Assembly (NCBI GenBank): GCA_965219455.1
Contig: OZ244744.1
Coordinates: forward strand, 4,992,001-5,056,000
DNA length: 64,000 nucleotides
Source of the DNA: Candidatus Latescibacterota bacterium
GTDB lineage: Bacteria > Latescibacterota > UBA2968 > GCA-2709665
Direction: 5' to 3'
This document shows, one piece after another, positions 50,452-60,728 of this stretch; positions within the stretch are counted from its first letter, which is position 1, and the number at the start of each line of letters is the position of its first letter. Below the pieces are notes generated by a model. The model was not told where the DNA came from. It saw nothing but the letters and a program-made list of their open reading frames with translations, and searched no databases. Position numbers and translations under genes: made by a program.

Positions 50452-52152
50452 ATGTCCTATCGTGTAATCGCCCGCAAGTGGCGGCCCAACGTGTTTCAGG
50501 ATGTGGTCGCGCAGGACCACATCGTTCAGACGCTGCAGAATGCCCTCCGTACGGAACGCATCGTCCAGGCATATCTGTTCTGCGGCCCCCGGGGAACGGG
50601 AAAAACGACGATGGCCCGCCTGCTGGCCAAGGCGTTAAACTGCGAACAGGGGCCAACGCCGGTGCCGTGCGGTGAATGCGGCTTCTGCACGGCGATTGCC
50701 GGCAATAAGAGCATGGACGTCCTTGAAATCGACGGGGCGTCGAACCGGGGCATCGATGAGATCCGGCAGTTGCGGGAGGAGGTCGGGTTTGCGGCAACCA
50801 AGGGCAAGCGCAAGGTCTATATCATAGATGAAGTGCATATGCTCACGGCGGAGGCCTTCAACGCGCTCCTGAAGACGCTCGAGGAACCGCCGCCCCACGT
50901 GGTGTTCGTGCTGGCCACGACCGAGCCGCACAGGATGCCGGAGACGATTCTTTCCCGATGTCAGCGATATAATTTCCGGCGGATATCCACCGATGCCATT
51001 GTCGGCCAACTCCGGAAGATTCTGGATGCGGAGGAGATCGCGGCGGAAGACGAGGCGCTTTTTCTGCTGGGCCGAAAGGCCGACGGCGCGCTACGCGACG
51101 CTGAGAATCTGCTGGATCAGGCCATCGCGTATTCGGATGGGGCGATTGCCGCGGAGGCGGTCCGGGAACTGCTGGGCGTCATTCCCGTCGATCTCTATTT
51201 CGAGCTGACGCAGGCTATACTCGATTCAGACGGGGCCACGGCGCTGCGCGCGGTCGAGCGTGTGCTGGATGGAGGCGGGGATGCCGGCGAGTTCACGCAG
51301 GGGTTGCTGGAACACGTCCGGAACCTGCTGGTGGCGCGCGTGTCGGACGGCCTTCCCGGAGACGACCTGTCCGCGGCCGACCAGGCACGATACCTTGAGA
51401 CGAGTGCGCGATTTCAGGAGGAAGATCTCCTGCGCATGTTGCAGGCGGTTACCGATCTGGAAGCACGGTTGGGCCGGATTTCGAATCCACGGTTATGGTT
51501 GGAACTGACCGTGATGAAACTCGTGAATATGGCGCCCTCCGAGTCCGTCCATGAGGTGATGGCCCGGCTGGACCGGCTGGAAAGCATGTTGCGTACCGGT
51601 AAGGCCGCGCCTTCGGAGAAACAGCGGCCCGAGCCGCCCGCCGCGGTGCGCCGCGAACCGGGCGCCCCGGCTCGTCCGCGGCCAGCGGACCCAGCGGCAT
51701 CGTCCGTCGTCGCCAGCGAGGCGCCGCCGCCTGAAGTCGAAGCCCCCGAGGACCCCGTCGCGCCGTCTCGAGCCGAGCCCGAGCCGCCGGGGGCCGGTGA
51801 CCTGACGCTCGATGTCGTTCGGCAGAAGTGGCCGGACCTCGTCGAGGACGTGAGGTCGCGGAAGCTGGGCCTGGGGACGTTTCTGGCGGAGGGCAGGCCC
51901 GCGGCGTTGAAAGACCGCCGGCTGGATCTGGTCTTCAATGCGGACAAGACGTTCCATGCGGAGCAGGTCAGGCGCAACCGGGAGTTTCTGCAGGGGGTAA
52001 CGGGCGATGTCTTCGGCGTTTCCCTGCGCATCCGGTGTGAAATGGACCAGGACGAAGACGGCGGCGCGGCTCAGGAAGACGACGGAGCGGCGTCCGACGA
52101 ACGGGTCCAGATGGCAATCGATATTTTCGATGGAGAGGTCGCAGGCCGTTAG
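50452..52152 (+). CDS. dnaX: DNA polymerase III subunit gamma/tau
   Basis: ARKWRP, GPRGTGKTT, EIDGASN, IDEVHML, NALLKTLEEPP, SRCQ. Confidence 0.97.
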   Translation: MSYRVIARKWRPNVFQDVVAQDHIVQTLQNALRTERIVQAYLFCGPRGTGKTTMARLLAKALNCEQGPTPVPCGECGFCTAIAGNKSMDVLEIDGASNRGIDEIRQLREEVGFAATKGKRKVYIIDEVHMLTAEAFNALLKTLEEPPPHVVFVLATTEPHRMPETILSRCQRYNFRRISTDAIVGQLRKILDAEEIAAEDEALFLLGRKADGALRDAENLLDQAIAYSDGAIAAEAVRELLGVIPVDLYFELTQAILDSDGATALRAVERVLDGGGDAGEFTQGLLEHVRNLLVARVSDGLPGDDLSAADQARYLETSARFQEEDLLRMLQAVTDLEARLGRISNPRLWLELTVMKLVNMAPSESVHEVMARLDRLESMLRTGKAAPSEKQRPEPPAAVRREPGAPARPRPADPAASSVVASEAPPPEVEAPEDPVAPSRAEPEPPGAGDLTLDVVRQKWPDLVEDVRSRKLGLGTFLAEGRPAALKDRRLDLVFNADKTFHAEQVRRNREFLQGVTGDVFGVSLRIRCEMDQDEDGGAAQEDDGAASDERVQMAIDIFDGEVAGR

Positions 52153-52172
52153 AAAGCCGCGGGGAGGACGCA

Positions 52173-52496
52173 ATGGCGAAGGGCATGTCGGGAATGATGA
52201 AGCAGGCCCAGAGGCTGCAGGCCAGACTGGCGAAGGTGCAGGAGGAACTCGCGTCGAAGGAGGTGGAGGGATCGTCGGGGGGCGGCATGGTGGTAGCGCG
52301 GGCCAACGGGCAGCAGCAGATCGTGGGCATCAGGATTGATCCGGAGGTGGTGGACCCCGAGGACGTCGAGATGCTGGAAGATCTGATCATGGCCGCCATA
52401 CAGCAGGCCCGGGAGAAGGCGCAGGAGATGGCCGACCGGGAAATGCAGAGGGCCACGTCCGGAATGCTGCCGCCGGGCGTCAACCTGGGCATATAG
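52173..52496 (+). CDS. ybaB: YbaB/EbfC nucleoid-associated protein
   Basis: MMKQAQ, GSSGGGMV, DPEDVEMLEDLI. Confidence 0.95.
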   Translation: MAKGMSGMMKQAQRLQARLAKVQEELASKEVEGSSGGGMVVARANGQQQIVGIRIDPEVVDPEDVEMLEDLIMAAIQQAREKAQEMADREMQRATSGMLPPGVNLGI

Positions 52497-52564
52497 GAAC
52501 TGGCGATCGCTTGAAGCGCCGGAAAACCCCGCAGCCGCGGTATCTGCTTGTCGAGGAGGGCTGG

Positions 52565-53158
52565 ATGGCTTCCAACGCCATCGATCGGCTGGTGGCCGGA
52601 TTGGGTCGGTTCCCGGGCATCGGCGAAAAGTCCGCGCGGCGAATCGCGCTGGACGTACTGACCTGGAAGACCGAGGACGTGCGCGCGCTGGCCGAATTGA
52701 TGGTGGAGGTGAAGACCCGGGTCCGGGCGTGCGGCGCATGTTTCAACCTGTCTGAGAGCGATCCATGCCCCATTTGCAGGGATGACCGCCGGGACGGGTC
52801 TCAGGTGATGGTGGTCGATTACGTCGGCGACCTGCTGGCAATGGAACGGATGCAAGCCTACCGCGGCCTGTATCACGTCCTGGGTGGACGGATTTCCCCA
52901 CTGGACGGGATCGGGCCGGACGAACTGAACATTCAATCCCTGGTGGCGCGGCTGAACGGTGGCGGGATTCGCGAGGTGATTCTGGCGAACGGACCCACCG
53001 TCGAGGGCGACGCAACCGCGCAGTACCTCAAACAGATCATGGAGACGCACGACGTGGCAGTAACTCAGATCGCCCGGGGCCTGCCCGTGGGCAGCGACCT
53101 TGCCCTCGCGGATCAGGTCACGCTGGCCCGGGCGCTGGATGGACGCAGAGAACTATGA
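52565..53158 (+). CDS. recR: Recombination mediator RecR
   Basis: PGIGEKSARR, C4 zinc finger, YHVLGG, TVEGDATA, IARGLPVG. Confidence 0.96.
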   Translation: MASNAIDRLVAGLGRFPGIGEKSARRIALDVLTWKTEDVRALAELMVEVKTRVRACGACFNLSESDPCPICRDDRRDGSQVMVVDYVGDLLAMERMQAYRGLYHVLGGRISPLDGIGPDELNIQSLVARLNGGGIREVILANGPTVEGDATAQYLKQIMETHDVAVTQIARGLPVGSDLALADQVTLARALDGRREL

Positions 53159-53805
53159 ACCGTTCCGACACACTCCGCGGCAGTTCGCAAGGGATCCGGC
53201 TGCCCAAGCCGAAGCCCGCCGACCGCATGGTCACCTTTCCGAATATCCTGACCGGCTTGAGAATTGTCCTCACCCCCGTCTTTCTTGCGCTGATTTTCTC
53301 GGACAGCGGATTCAACAAGATCCTGGCGCTGCTGGTGTTCACCTTGGCGTCGCTAACCGATTTCTTCGACGGCTGGTTCGCGCGCCGCGACAAAACGGTT
53401 ACCAAACTCGGACGGTTCATGGATCCGCTCGCCGACAAGCTGCTGGTCTCCGCCGCTCTCATTTCCTTCGTGCTCCTTGGGATGGTCGAGGCGTGGCTCG
53501 TAGGCGCCATGTTGATCCGGGATGCCTTGATTACCTCCCTGCGCGTGTACGCGATCCGCAAAGGAAGGCCGGTGGTCACGTCCCGACTGGCGAAATGGAA
53601 GACCATGCTGCAACTGGTGCTGGCTTTCGGTATTCTGGTCTTCATCAACGTGCGTGTGATTACCGCTGAGCTGACCTCTCAGCCCCTGGTGCTGGTGGAT
53701 ACCGGTTCGCAGATGGTGTTGAACGTCCTGGTGGCGGCGGTTACCCTGTTGGCTGTCGTGTCGGGCGTCCTCTACCTGGTGGAACATAGCCGGGACCACG
53801 TCTGA
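53155..53805 (+). CDS. pgsA: CDP-diacylglycerol--glycerol-3-phosphate 3-phosphatidyltransferase
   Basis: PNILTGLR, TDFFDGWFAR, GRFMDPLADK, AKWKT. Confidence 0.93.
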   Translation: MNRSDTLRGSSQGIRLPKPKPADRMVTFPNILTGLRIVLTPVFLALIFSDSGFNKILALLVFTLASLTDFFDGWFARRDKTVTKLGRFMDPLADKLLVSAALISFVLLGMVEAWLVGAMLIRDALITSLRVYAIRKGRPVVTSRLAKWKTMLQLVLAFGILVFINVRVITAELTSQPLVLVDTGSQMVLNVLVAAVTLLAVVSGVLYLVEHSRDHV

Positions 53806-53828
53806 ACGGGGGATCGGAGGCCGCTGAC

Positions 53829-54290
53829 TTGAATTCGTGGACCCGGCTGTTCGCCACCGGATTTTACTCCGGATACGTCCCGGTTGCACCGGGCACGGCG
53901 GGCACGGCCGCGGCGATGGTTCCGTACCTCGCGGCCTGTTACCTGGCAACCGGGTTCGGGGCCCCGGCGTGGTGTCTGTTTCTGGTCCTGATTTTTTCGG
54001 TAGCGGTTTACACGGCCTCCGCGGGAGAAAAGGCCTGGGGTCCGGATCCCGGGCCGGTCGTCATCGATGAGTTTGTGGGGTTCTATATCACGGTAGCTTT
54101 TCTGCCGCTGTCACCAGGGGCAGGGGTTGCCGGATTTTTTATTTTTCGCGTGCTGGATATCGCGAAGCCGCCGCCTGCCCGCGCGTCGGAGAAGCTGCCC
54201 GGCGGGTTGGGCGTGGTCATGGACGACGTGATCGCGGGGGTATACGGAAATCTTCTGCTTCGGGCGGCGCTGGCCTGGTGGAGCGGGTAG
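53829..54290 (+). CDS. pgpA: Phosphatidylglycerophosphatase A
   Basis: APGTAGT, DPGPVVIDE, FRVLDIAKP, GVVMDDVIAG. Confidence 0.93.
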   Translation: MNSWTRLFATGFYSGYVPVAPGTAGTAAAMVPYLAACYLATGFGAPAWCLFLVLIFSVAVYTASAGEKAWGPDPGPVVIDEFVGFYITVAFLPLSPGAGVAGFFIFRVLDIAKPPPARASEKLPGGLGVVMDDVIAGVYGNLLLRAALAWWSG

Positions 54291-54455
54291 TGTTCTGTCC
54301 CGGAAATAGATTGCCGAAATTCGGCCGCCGAGCGCGTTTCGACAGGCTCAACGAACACCAACGCCGCAAGATGGGATGAATCGGCCTGCCTGTGCGGAAG
54401 ACCTGCACGCAGACAGGCGGATGAGTGGTAACATATTTCTGCGACGGGACACCGG

Positions 54456-55025
54456 ATGGCGACCCTGCGCGCATTTGTGGCCGTTGAACTCCCCGGGGCG
54501 GTGATCCGCGCCTGCGAGGCCGCAAGGAGATGTCATGCAGACCTGGATGCACGGGTAAGGTGGGTGCGGCCCGAGGGTGTGCATCTCACCCTCAAGTTCC
54601 TGGGAGACGTGGAATTCGCGTCCGTGCCACTGATTCTGGAGGCCATGCGGGCAGTAGCCGCACGGACACCGCCGATGGCGCTGCACACCACGGATGTGGG
54701 CGCGCCGAATCCGGACCGGGCGAGGGTAATCTGGCTGGGCGTGGGTGGAGAGACCGGGATTCTGGGCAGGCTGCGGGCGGACCTGGAGGACGCGATGTGC
54801 GGTATCGGGTTCGAGAGAGAGGATCGGCGGTTCCATCCGCACGTGACGATTGCACGAGCAGGAAGAAGGACGGTGCGGTTGCCCGCCGGATCGACTCGCG
54901 CAATCGAGCCGGCGCACTTCAGGGTGGACCGTATAGCGTTTTACAGCAGCGACTTGCGGCCCGGCGGCGCCGTCTACAACGCGCTGGGTCATGCGTGTCT
55001 TTCCAGGTTGCGGGAGCCGGGTTGA
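54456..55025 (+). CDS. thpR: RNA 2',3'-cyclic phosphodiesterase
   Basis: RAFVAV, two HxT motifs (HLTLKFLG, PHVTIAR). Confidence 0.92.
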   Translation: MATLRAFVAVELPGAVIRACEAARRCHADLDARVRWVRPEGVHLTLKFLGDVEFASVPLILEAMRAVAARTPPMALHTTDVGAPNPDRARVIWLGVGGETGILGRLRADLEDAMCGIGFEREDRRFHPHVTIARAGRRTVRLPAGSTRAIEPAHFRVDRIAFYSSDLRPGGAVYNALGHACLSRLREPG

Positions 55026-55078
55026 TCGGCTCCTGCGGCAACGCGTCGTCGGGAACGCTTCCCGGAACCGGGGAGTGC

Positions 55079-55195
55079 TTGACTTCTGGTTGGCGTGCGG
55101 ATATATTATATTTTTGATGTATACGTATTGGCCGGATTTTTTCCGGGGATTTTATGTAAATATGCATTGATTAATATACAAATGTTCACTATATT
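55079..55195 (+). promoter_or_regulatory. Tandem recA promoters with a candidate LexA box
   Basis: TTGACT-17-TATATT (55079-55107) and TTGATT-17-TATATT (55167-55195). ATACAAATGTTC lies in the second spacer. Confidence 0.55.
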
Positions 55196-55305
55196 TATCG
55201 ATGACACATGTTGCGGCGCAGGGAATCGAGCTCCTCACAGGCCGTGGGCTGCGTCGTGATCCAATAGATACGTCCAGTCGAATTCGTCTCAGGAGGGGCA
55301 ATGCG

Positions 55306-56373
55306 ATGTCGAAACGCAAAGTCGGCGGTAAGGAGAAGGCCATCGATCTGGCCATCTCACAAATCGAAAAGCAGTTTGGCCAGGGGTCCATCATGCGGCT
55401 CGGTGGCGAAGAAGGAGGTCGGGTGGCCGTCGAGGTGATTCCGACGGGCGCGCTCGCACTCGATGTCGCGCTTGGCGCGGGTGGGGTGCCGCGCGGCCGC
55501 GTCGTCGAAGTTTACGGTCCCGAAGGATCCGGAAAAACCACACTGACCCTGCACATCATCGCGGAGGCGCAGCGGACGGGCGGTACGTGCGCTTTTGTGG
55601 ATGCGGAGCACGCGCTGAATGTAGAGCTCGCCGAACGGATCGGGGTCAACCTGGAAAATCTGCTCATTTCCCAGCCCGATACCGGGGAAGAGGCACTGGA
55701 AATCACCGACACGCTCGTGCGCAGCGGCGCATTCGACGCGGTGGTGGTGGACTCGGTCGCGGCGCTTGTGCCCCGTGCGGAACTGGAGGGGGACATGGGC
55801 GATTCCCACGTGGGTTTGCAGGCGCGGCTGATGTCCCAGGCGCTTCGAAAACTCTCGGGATCGATCAGCCGGTCCAAGACATGTGTGATGTTCACCAACC
55901 AGATCCGGATGAAGATCGGCGTCATGTTCGGCAATCCGGAAACGACTTCGGGCGGAAACGCGCTCAAGTTTTACGCGTCCGTGCGCATGGATATCCGTCG
56001 GATCGGTGCCATAAAAGACGGCCAGGAAGTCACCGGCAACCGGGTCCGCGTCCGGGTGGTCAAGAACAAGATGGCCGCGCCGTTCAAGGAGGCGGAGTTC
56101 GATCTGATGTTCGGAGAGGGTATCTCGAGAGAGGGCAGTCTTCTGGATATTGCCGAACTTCACGGTATTGTCAGCAAGAGCGGCACCTGGTTTTCTTACG
56201 GCAACGACCGCCTGGGGCAGGGGCGGGAGAACGTCAAGAACCATTTAAGGGAACATCCGGAGCTTGCCTCGGAGATCGAGACCCGGGTGCGGGAGGCCGT
56301 GGGCCTGGCGGATAACGGTACGGCGGTGCCGGGCGACAACGGCGAAGGCGCACCGGGAAACGCACGCGGGTAG
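55306..56373 (+). CDS. recA: Recombinase RecA
   Basis: [46 protein letters not shown]. Confidence 0.99.
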   Translation: MSKRKVGGKEKAIDLAISQIEKQFGQGSIMRLGGEEGGRVAVEVIPTGALALDVALGAGGVPRGRVVEVYGPEGSGKTTLTLHIIAEAQRTGGTCAFVDAEHALNVELAERIGVNLENLLISQPDTGEEALEITDTLVRSGAFDAVVVDSVAALVPRAELEGDMGDSHVGLQARLMSQALRKLSGSISRSKTCVMFTNQIRMKIGVMFGNPETTSGGNALKFYASVRMDIRRIGAIKDGQEVTGNRVRVRVVKNKMAAPFKEAEFDLMFGEGISREGSLLDIAELHGIVSKSGTWFSYGNDRLGQGRENVKNHLREHPELASEIETRVREAVGLADNGTAVPGDNGEGAPGNARG

Positions 56374-56457
56374 AAGGGGATGTGTCGGGCGCAGGGGACT
56401 CTACGGGCATTCCGGGAGGCCCAACGATCGCGGTTTCAAGTTATCGAGGTGCCACCC

Positions 56458-56994
56458 ATGAAACCGAATTCCCGTTCGGCGCCGGCAAAGGATCGCCAGG
56501 ATACGGCCGAGAAGGCGAAGAACGCGGCGTTTCGTCTGCTGAGCGCACGTGCGTATTCGTGCAGGGAAATGGAAGAAAAGCTGCGCCTGCGGGGGTTTCA
56601 GGAATCCGTGATCGAGCAGACCCTCAATGTATTGCGGCGCCTGAAGCTTGTCGACGATCGGGAGTTTGCCCTCCGCTTTGTCCAGGAACGCATGCGACTT
56701 CGACCCGCCGGCCGGGCGTTGCTCGTGCACGACCTGAAAAAACGTGGAATCGACCGCGCAACCGCGGATGACGTGCTGGATGAGGTGTTTGCGGGCGTGG
56801 ATTCCGAGGCCGTCGCCCTGGATCTCCTGAGGTCGCGCCGCCGCCACTACGCCGGCGTCGAAAGGCGGAAGGCGCTTTCCCGGATGTACGGGTTCCTGGG
56901 GCGTCGCGGATTCGGGGCCGAGGCGCATGCGGCGGCTGAGCGGGCCTGGCTGGAGTTTCACGAGAACGGCAATCTTACGGCACCGGGTGCGTGA
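56458..56994 (+). CDS. recX: Regulatory protein RecX
   Basis: AFRLLSARAYS..E, LVDDREFA, LKKRGI, FLGRRGF. Follows recA. Confidence 0.9.
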   Translation: MKPNSRSAPAKDRQDTAEKAKNAAFRLLSARAYSCREMEEKLRLRGFQESVIEQTLNVLRRLKLVDDREFALRFVQERMRLRPAGRALLVHDLKKRGIDRATADDVLDEVFAGVDSEAVALDLLRSRRRHYAGVERRKALSRMYGFLGRRGFGAEAHAAAERAWLEFHENGNLTAPGA

Positions 56995-57153
56995 ACAGGA
57001 AACGAGGCTGGAAGCGCCTGCTCGCTTGCGCCCGTTCCTTCAGGGCAGGGTCGCTTTCCGGTTTCTTCCGCAACCGGCACAAGAGCGTGCGGTCCCCAAT
57101 CAGAAACCACGTACCGCGATAGGTGTGTACCTATATCAATGTCATTTCGAACC

Positions 57154-59775
57154 ATGAAATCTTCGGCCGACATACGGGCGGATTATCTGCGATTTTTCGA
57201 ACGAAAGGGGCACACGATTGTCCCGAGCGCGCCGGTGGCGCCGCAAGGCGATGCCACCCTGCTGTTTACAAATGCAGGGATGAATCAGTTCAAGGATGTG
57301 TTTCTGGGAACCGGTCGGCGTGACTACCGTCGGGCAGTGGATACCCAAAAGTGCATCCGCGTATCCGGACATCACAACGACCTGGAGGAGGTGGGCTTCA
57401 GTTCCCAGCATCATACCTTTTTCGAGATGCTGGGCAACTGGTCGTTCGGAGACTATTTCAAGCGGGAGGCCATCGCCTGGGCCTGGGAGTTGTTGACCGA
57501 GGTCTGGCAGCTTCCCAAAGACCGGCTCTGCGCCACGGTATTCGGCGGAGAGCCCGCCGACGGGCTGGCCGCGGACGAGGAGGCGGAAGCGCTGTGGACG
57601 GAGGTGACCGACCTCCCGGCGGAACGGGTGCTTCGGCTGGGCAAGGCGGATAACTTCTGGCAGATGGGCGAGACCGGACCGTGCGGCCCGTGTTCCGAGG
57701 TGCATTACTATCTGGGAGACGATCCAGCGTCGTGGTTGGGCGTTGGCGCGGATCTGGACGGACCGGATACGGTTGAAATCTGGAATCTGGTATTCATCCA
57801 GTTCAACCGGGATACCGAAGGCGCGCTTCATCCGTTGCCCGATAAACACGTGGATACCGGATTGGGGTTCGAGCGCATCTGTACCGTGCTCCAGGGGGTG
57901 GAATCCACTTACGATACCGATCTGTTCCGGCCCATTCTTGCCGCGATCGGGGAGGTCACAGGGAAACCGTACAACGATGAACACCGGGTGGCCATGCGGG
58001 TCATCGCCGATCATATCCGCACACTTTGTTTTGCAATAGCTGACGGTGTGCTGCCTTCCAACGAAGGGCGCGGGTATGTGCTGCGGCGTATCCTGAGGCG
58101 CGCGGCGCGTTATGGGCGCACGCTGGAGATGCACGATCCGTTCATTCACGGGCTGGTGCCTGTCATCGCACGGGTCATGGGGGGCGTGTTTCCCGAGGTG
58201 GCGGAACAGGCCGATCACATTTCCAGGGTCATCCGGTCCGAGGAAGAGGGATTCGGGAAGACGCTCGATCGGGGGCTGGAAATGTTCCAGGTCGTTTCAA
58301 GGGAGGGAAAAATCTCCGGCCAGGATGCGTTTCGCTTATATGACACCTATGGTTTTCCGATCGACCTCACGCAACTGATGGGCGCGGAGCGCGGGCTGGA
58401 CGTGGACCTGGACGGGTTTGAAAGGGCGATGGCCGCCCAGCAGGCGCGCTCGCGAGAGGCGGGGCGGCGGGTCTTCGCGTCTCAGGAGGCGGTGTCGGAC
58501 GACTTCCTTCCACGGGAACATTCCGTGTTTGTCGGGTACGAGTGTCTCGCGCTCGACACGCGTGTCGTGGCATGGAAATCCGAGGAGGACGGGCGGGTGG
58601 ATGTCTATCTTAAGGAAACGCCGTTCTACGCCGAGGCCGGCGGGCAGGTGGGCGATCAGGGCCAGATTCAAAACGGGGATCTGGAGGTGCGGATCGAGGA
58701 GACGTTCCGGTCGGGTGCGGGTATTGTGCACCGGGGCCGTCTTTCGCGGGGATGCGCCGACGCGCTGGAAGGCGCGCGCGTAGAGGCGCGGGTTGACACC
58801 GGGCGCCGGATGGATATCGCCCGCAACCATACGGCTACCCATCTGCTTCACGAGGCCCTTCGCCGGGTGCTTGGAGACCACGTGAATCAGGCCGGGTCTC
58901 TGGTCGCGCCGGACCGACTGCGGTTCGACTTCAACCACTTCGAAGCGGTTTCACCCGCCCGGCAGGAGCAGATCGCGCATATCGTGAATCGGGTGATCCG
59001 ACGGGATATCTCCGTTGAAACCGATACGGTAGGCCTCGAAGAGGCGCGTCGGATGGGCGCGCGGATGTTGTTTTCCGAAAAATACGGGGAGTTGGTGCGC
59101 ACGGTGCGCGTGGGCGATTACAGCCTGGAACTCTGCGGCGGCACGCACGTGAGATCGACGGGTCAGATCGGCATGCTCCAGCTGACGGCGGAGACGGGCA
59201 CCGCGGCCGGCGTGCGGCGGGTGGAAGCGGTCACCGCGGCGGGCGTGGAGGTTCTCATCGAAAAGCAGCGGTCCACCCTTGCCACGCTGGAGGGTATGTT
59301 GAGCGTGGATGCCGACGCGTTGCCCGATCGCGTGGGCCGATTGATCGCTCGAGGCAAGGAACTCGAGCGGACGATTCAATCGATGCGGAGCGCATCTGCC
59401 GGGGAGCGGATGCGCGATCTGGCAGATGCCGCCGTGGACGTGGATGGGGTCCGTGTGGTGGCGACGGCCGTCCAGCCGGCGGACATGGAGGCGTTTCGGG
59501 AAATGGGAGACCGGCTACGGGAAATCCTGGGCTCGGGCGTGGGCGTGTTGGGCGCGGCCCTCAATGGCAAGGCCTCCCTCATCGCGGTGGTTACGGACGA
59601 CCTCATCAACCGGGGCGTTCAGGCGGGAAATATCGTCAAGGCGGTGGCTGAACTGGTGGGCGGCGGCGGCGGTGGACGTCCTCATCTTGCACAGGCCGGG
59701 GGCAGGCATCCTGAGAAGATGTCCGACGCACTTGCCCGGGTTCCTCAGATCGTTCGGTTACAACTGGGAAGGTAA
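57154..59775 (+). CDS. alaS: Alanine--tRNA ligase
   Basis: LLFTNAGMNQFK, HHTFFEMLGNWSFG, DTGLGFER, NHTATH, ELCGGTH, GGGRPHLAQAGG. Confidence 0.99.
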   Translation: MKSSADIRADYLRFFERKGHTIVPSAPVAPQGDATLLFTNAGMNQFKDVFLGTGRRDYRRAVDTQKCIRVSGHHNDLEEVGFSSQHHTFFEMLGNWSFGDYFKREAIAWAWELLTEVWQLPKDRLCATVFGGEPADGLAADEEAEALWTEVTDLPAERVLRLGKADNFWQMGETGPCGPCSEVHYYLGDDPASWLGVGADLDGPDTVEIWNLVFIQFNRDTEGALHPLPDKHVDTGLGFERICTVLQGVESTYDTDLFRPILAAIGEVTGKPYNDEHRVAMRVIADHIRTLCFAIADGVLPSNEGRGYVLRRILRRAARYGRTLEMHDPFIHGLVPVIARVMGGVFPEVAEQADHISRVIRSEEEGFGKTLDRGLEMFQVVSREGKISGQDAFRLYDTYGFPIDLTQLMGAERGLDVDLDGFERAMAAQQARSREAGRRVFASQEAVSDDFLPREHSVFVGYECLALDTRVVAWKSEEDGRVDVYLKETPFYAEAGGQVGDQGQIQNGDLEVRIEETFRSGAGIVHRGRLSRGCADALEGARVEARVDTGRRMDIARNHTATHLLHEALRRVLGDHVNQAGSLVAPDRLRFDFNHFEAVSPARQEQIAHIVNRVIRRDISVETDTVGLEEARRMGARMLFSEKYGELVRTVRVGDYSLELCGGTHVRSTGQIGMLQLTAETGTAAGVRRVEAVTAAGVEVLIEKQRSTLATLEGMLSVDADALPDRVGRLIARGKELERTIQSMRSASAGERMRDLADAAVDVDGVRVVATAVQPADMEAFREMGDRLREILGSGVGVLGAALNGKASLIAVVTDDLINRGVQAGNIVKAVAELVGGGGGGRPHLAQAGGRHPEKMSDALARVPQIVRLQLGR

Positions 59776-59784
59776 AGCGCCACT

Positions 59785-60531
59785 ATGTCGACGTACGACC
59801 ACCTTAAAGCGGTTCTCAGACAGCGGGGCGCGGGATTCCTGTGCCTTCTGGACCCCGACCGCAGGGACAAGCAGGACCTGGTCCATACGGCAACGATGTG
59901 TGCCGAAAACGGGGCCGACGCCCTGTTGCTGGGCGGGAGTTTTCTACTTTATACCGATTTTGACCGGGTGGTCCGTGAGGTCAAACGCGCCATCGGGATT
60001 CCCGTGCTGATTTTTCCCGGGCCCGATATGAACCAGGTCTCCTCGGCCGCCGATGCCATTCTGTTTCTGTGCATGATCAGCGGGCGAAATCCGGATCTGC
60101 TGATCGGGCAGCAGGTGAAAGCGGCGCCCATCGTCAAGGCATACGGTCTGGAGGCGATTTCAACCGGATATATGCTGGTGGATTCAGGGCGCCAGACGAC
60201 CGCGGAGTATATCAGCAATACCAAACCGATGCCTGGCGACAAGCCGGAAATTGCGACGGCGCACGCGCTGGCCGCCCAGTACCTGGGCATGCAATGCGTT
60301 TATATGGATGCGGGCAGCGGGGCCGAGCGGATGGTGTCCGACGAAATGATCGCGGCGGTTTCGGGAAATATCTCCATTCCGGTGATTGCGGGCGGCGGCA
60401 TCCGAGAACCGCAGGATGCTGGCGCGAAAGTGGCAGCCGGCGCCCACTTTGTCGTCGTGGGCAGTATTCTGGAAGCACAAAGGGACCCCGTCCTGGTCCG
60501 CGAGTTTGCCGGCGCCGTTCACGGGGAGTAG
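59785..60531 (+). CDS. Geranylgeranylglyceryl phosphate synthase family protein (group II-like)
   Basis: LLDPD, DALLLGGS, LIFPG, ISGRNP, GYMLV, YMDAGSG, GGGIR, VVG. Confidence 0.9.
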   Translation: MSTYDHLKAVLRQRGAGFLCLLDPDRRDKQDLVHTATMCAENGADALLLGGSFLLYTDFDRVVREVKRAIGIPVLIFPGPDMNQVSSAADAILFLCMISGRNPDLLIGQQVKAAPIVKAYGLEAISTGYMLVDSGRQTTAEYISNTKPMPGDKPEIATAHALAAQYLGMQCVYMDAGSGAERMVSDEMIAAVSGNISIPVIAGGGIREPQDAGAKVAAGAHFVVVGSILEAQRDPVLVREFAGAVHGE

Positions 60532-60560
60532 GGATCGGCTGGCCGGGGTAAAGCGAAGGG

Positions 60561-60593
60561 TAACCGCCAGGCATGAAGTTGGCGGTTTTTTTT
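60561..60593 (+). terminator. Intrinsic terminator
   Basis: AACCGCCA...TGGCGGTT stem followed by a T tract. Confidence 0.75.
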
Positions 60594-60657
60594 GTGAGGA
60601 CCGGGGCGCCGGGTACGGGCAGGGGGCGCAGGCGGTTATGGACTTGCTCGGCGGCGC

Positions 60658-60686
60658 TTGACATGATGTCCGGATTTAGATAGATT
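60658..60686 (+). promoter_or_regulatory. Promoter of ptsH
   Basis: TTGACA-17 bp-TAGATT. Confidence 0.6.
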
Positions 60687-60728
60687 GTAAGCTTCCAATA
60701 TGGGCTATCATAACGTTACGAACAGGTT

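Noticed and set aside
51400-51800. Programmed frameshift producing the gamma subunit in dnaX
   Set aside because: No A-AAA-AAG or poly-A/T slippery tract seen in the linker.
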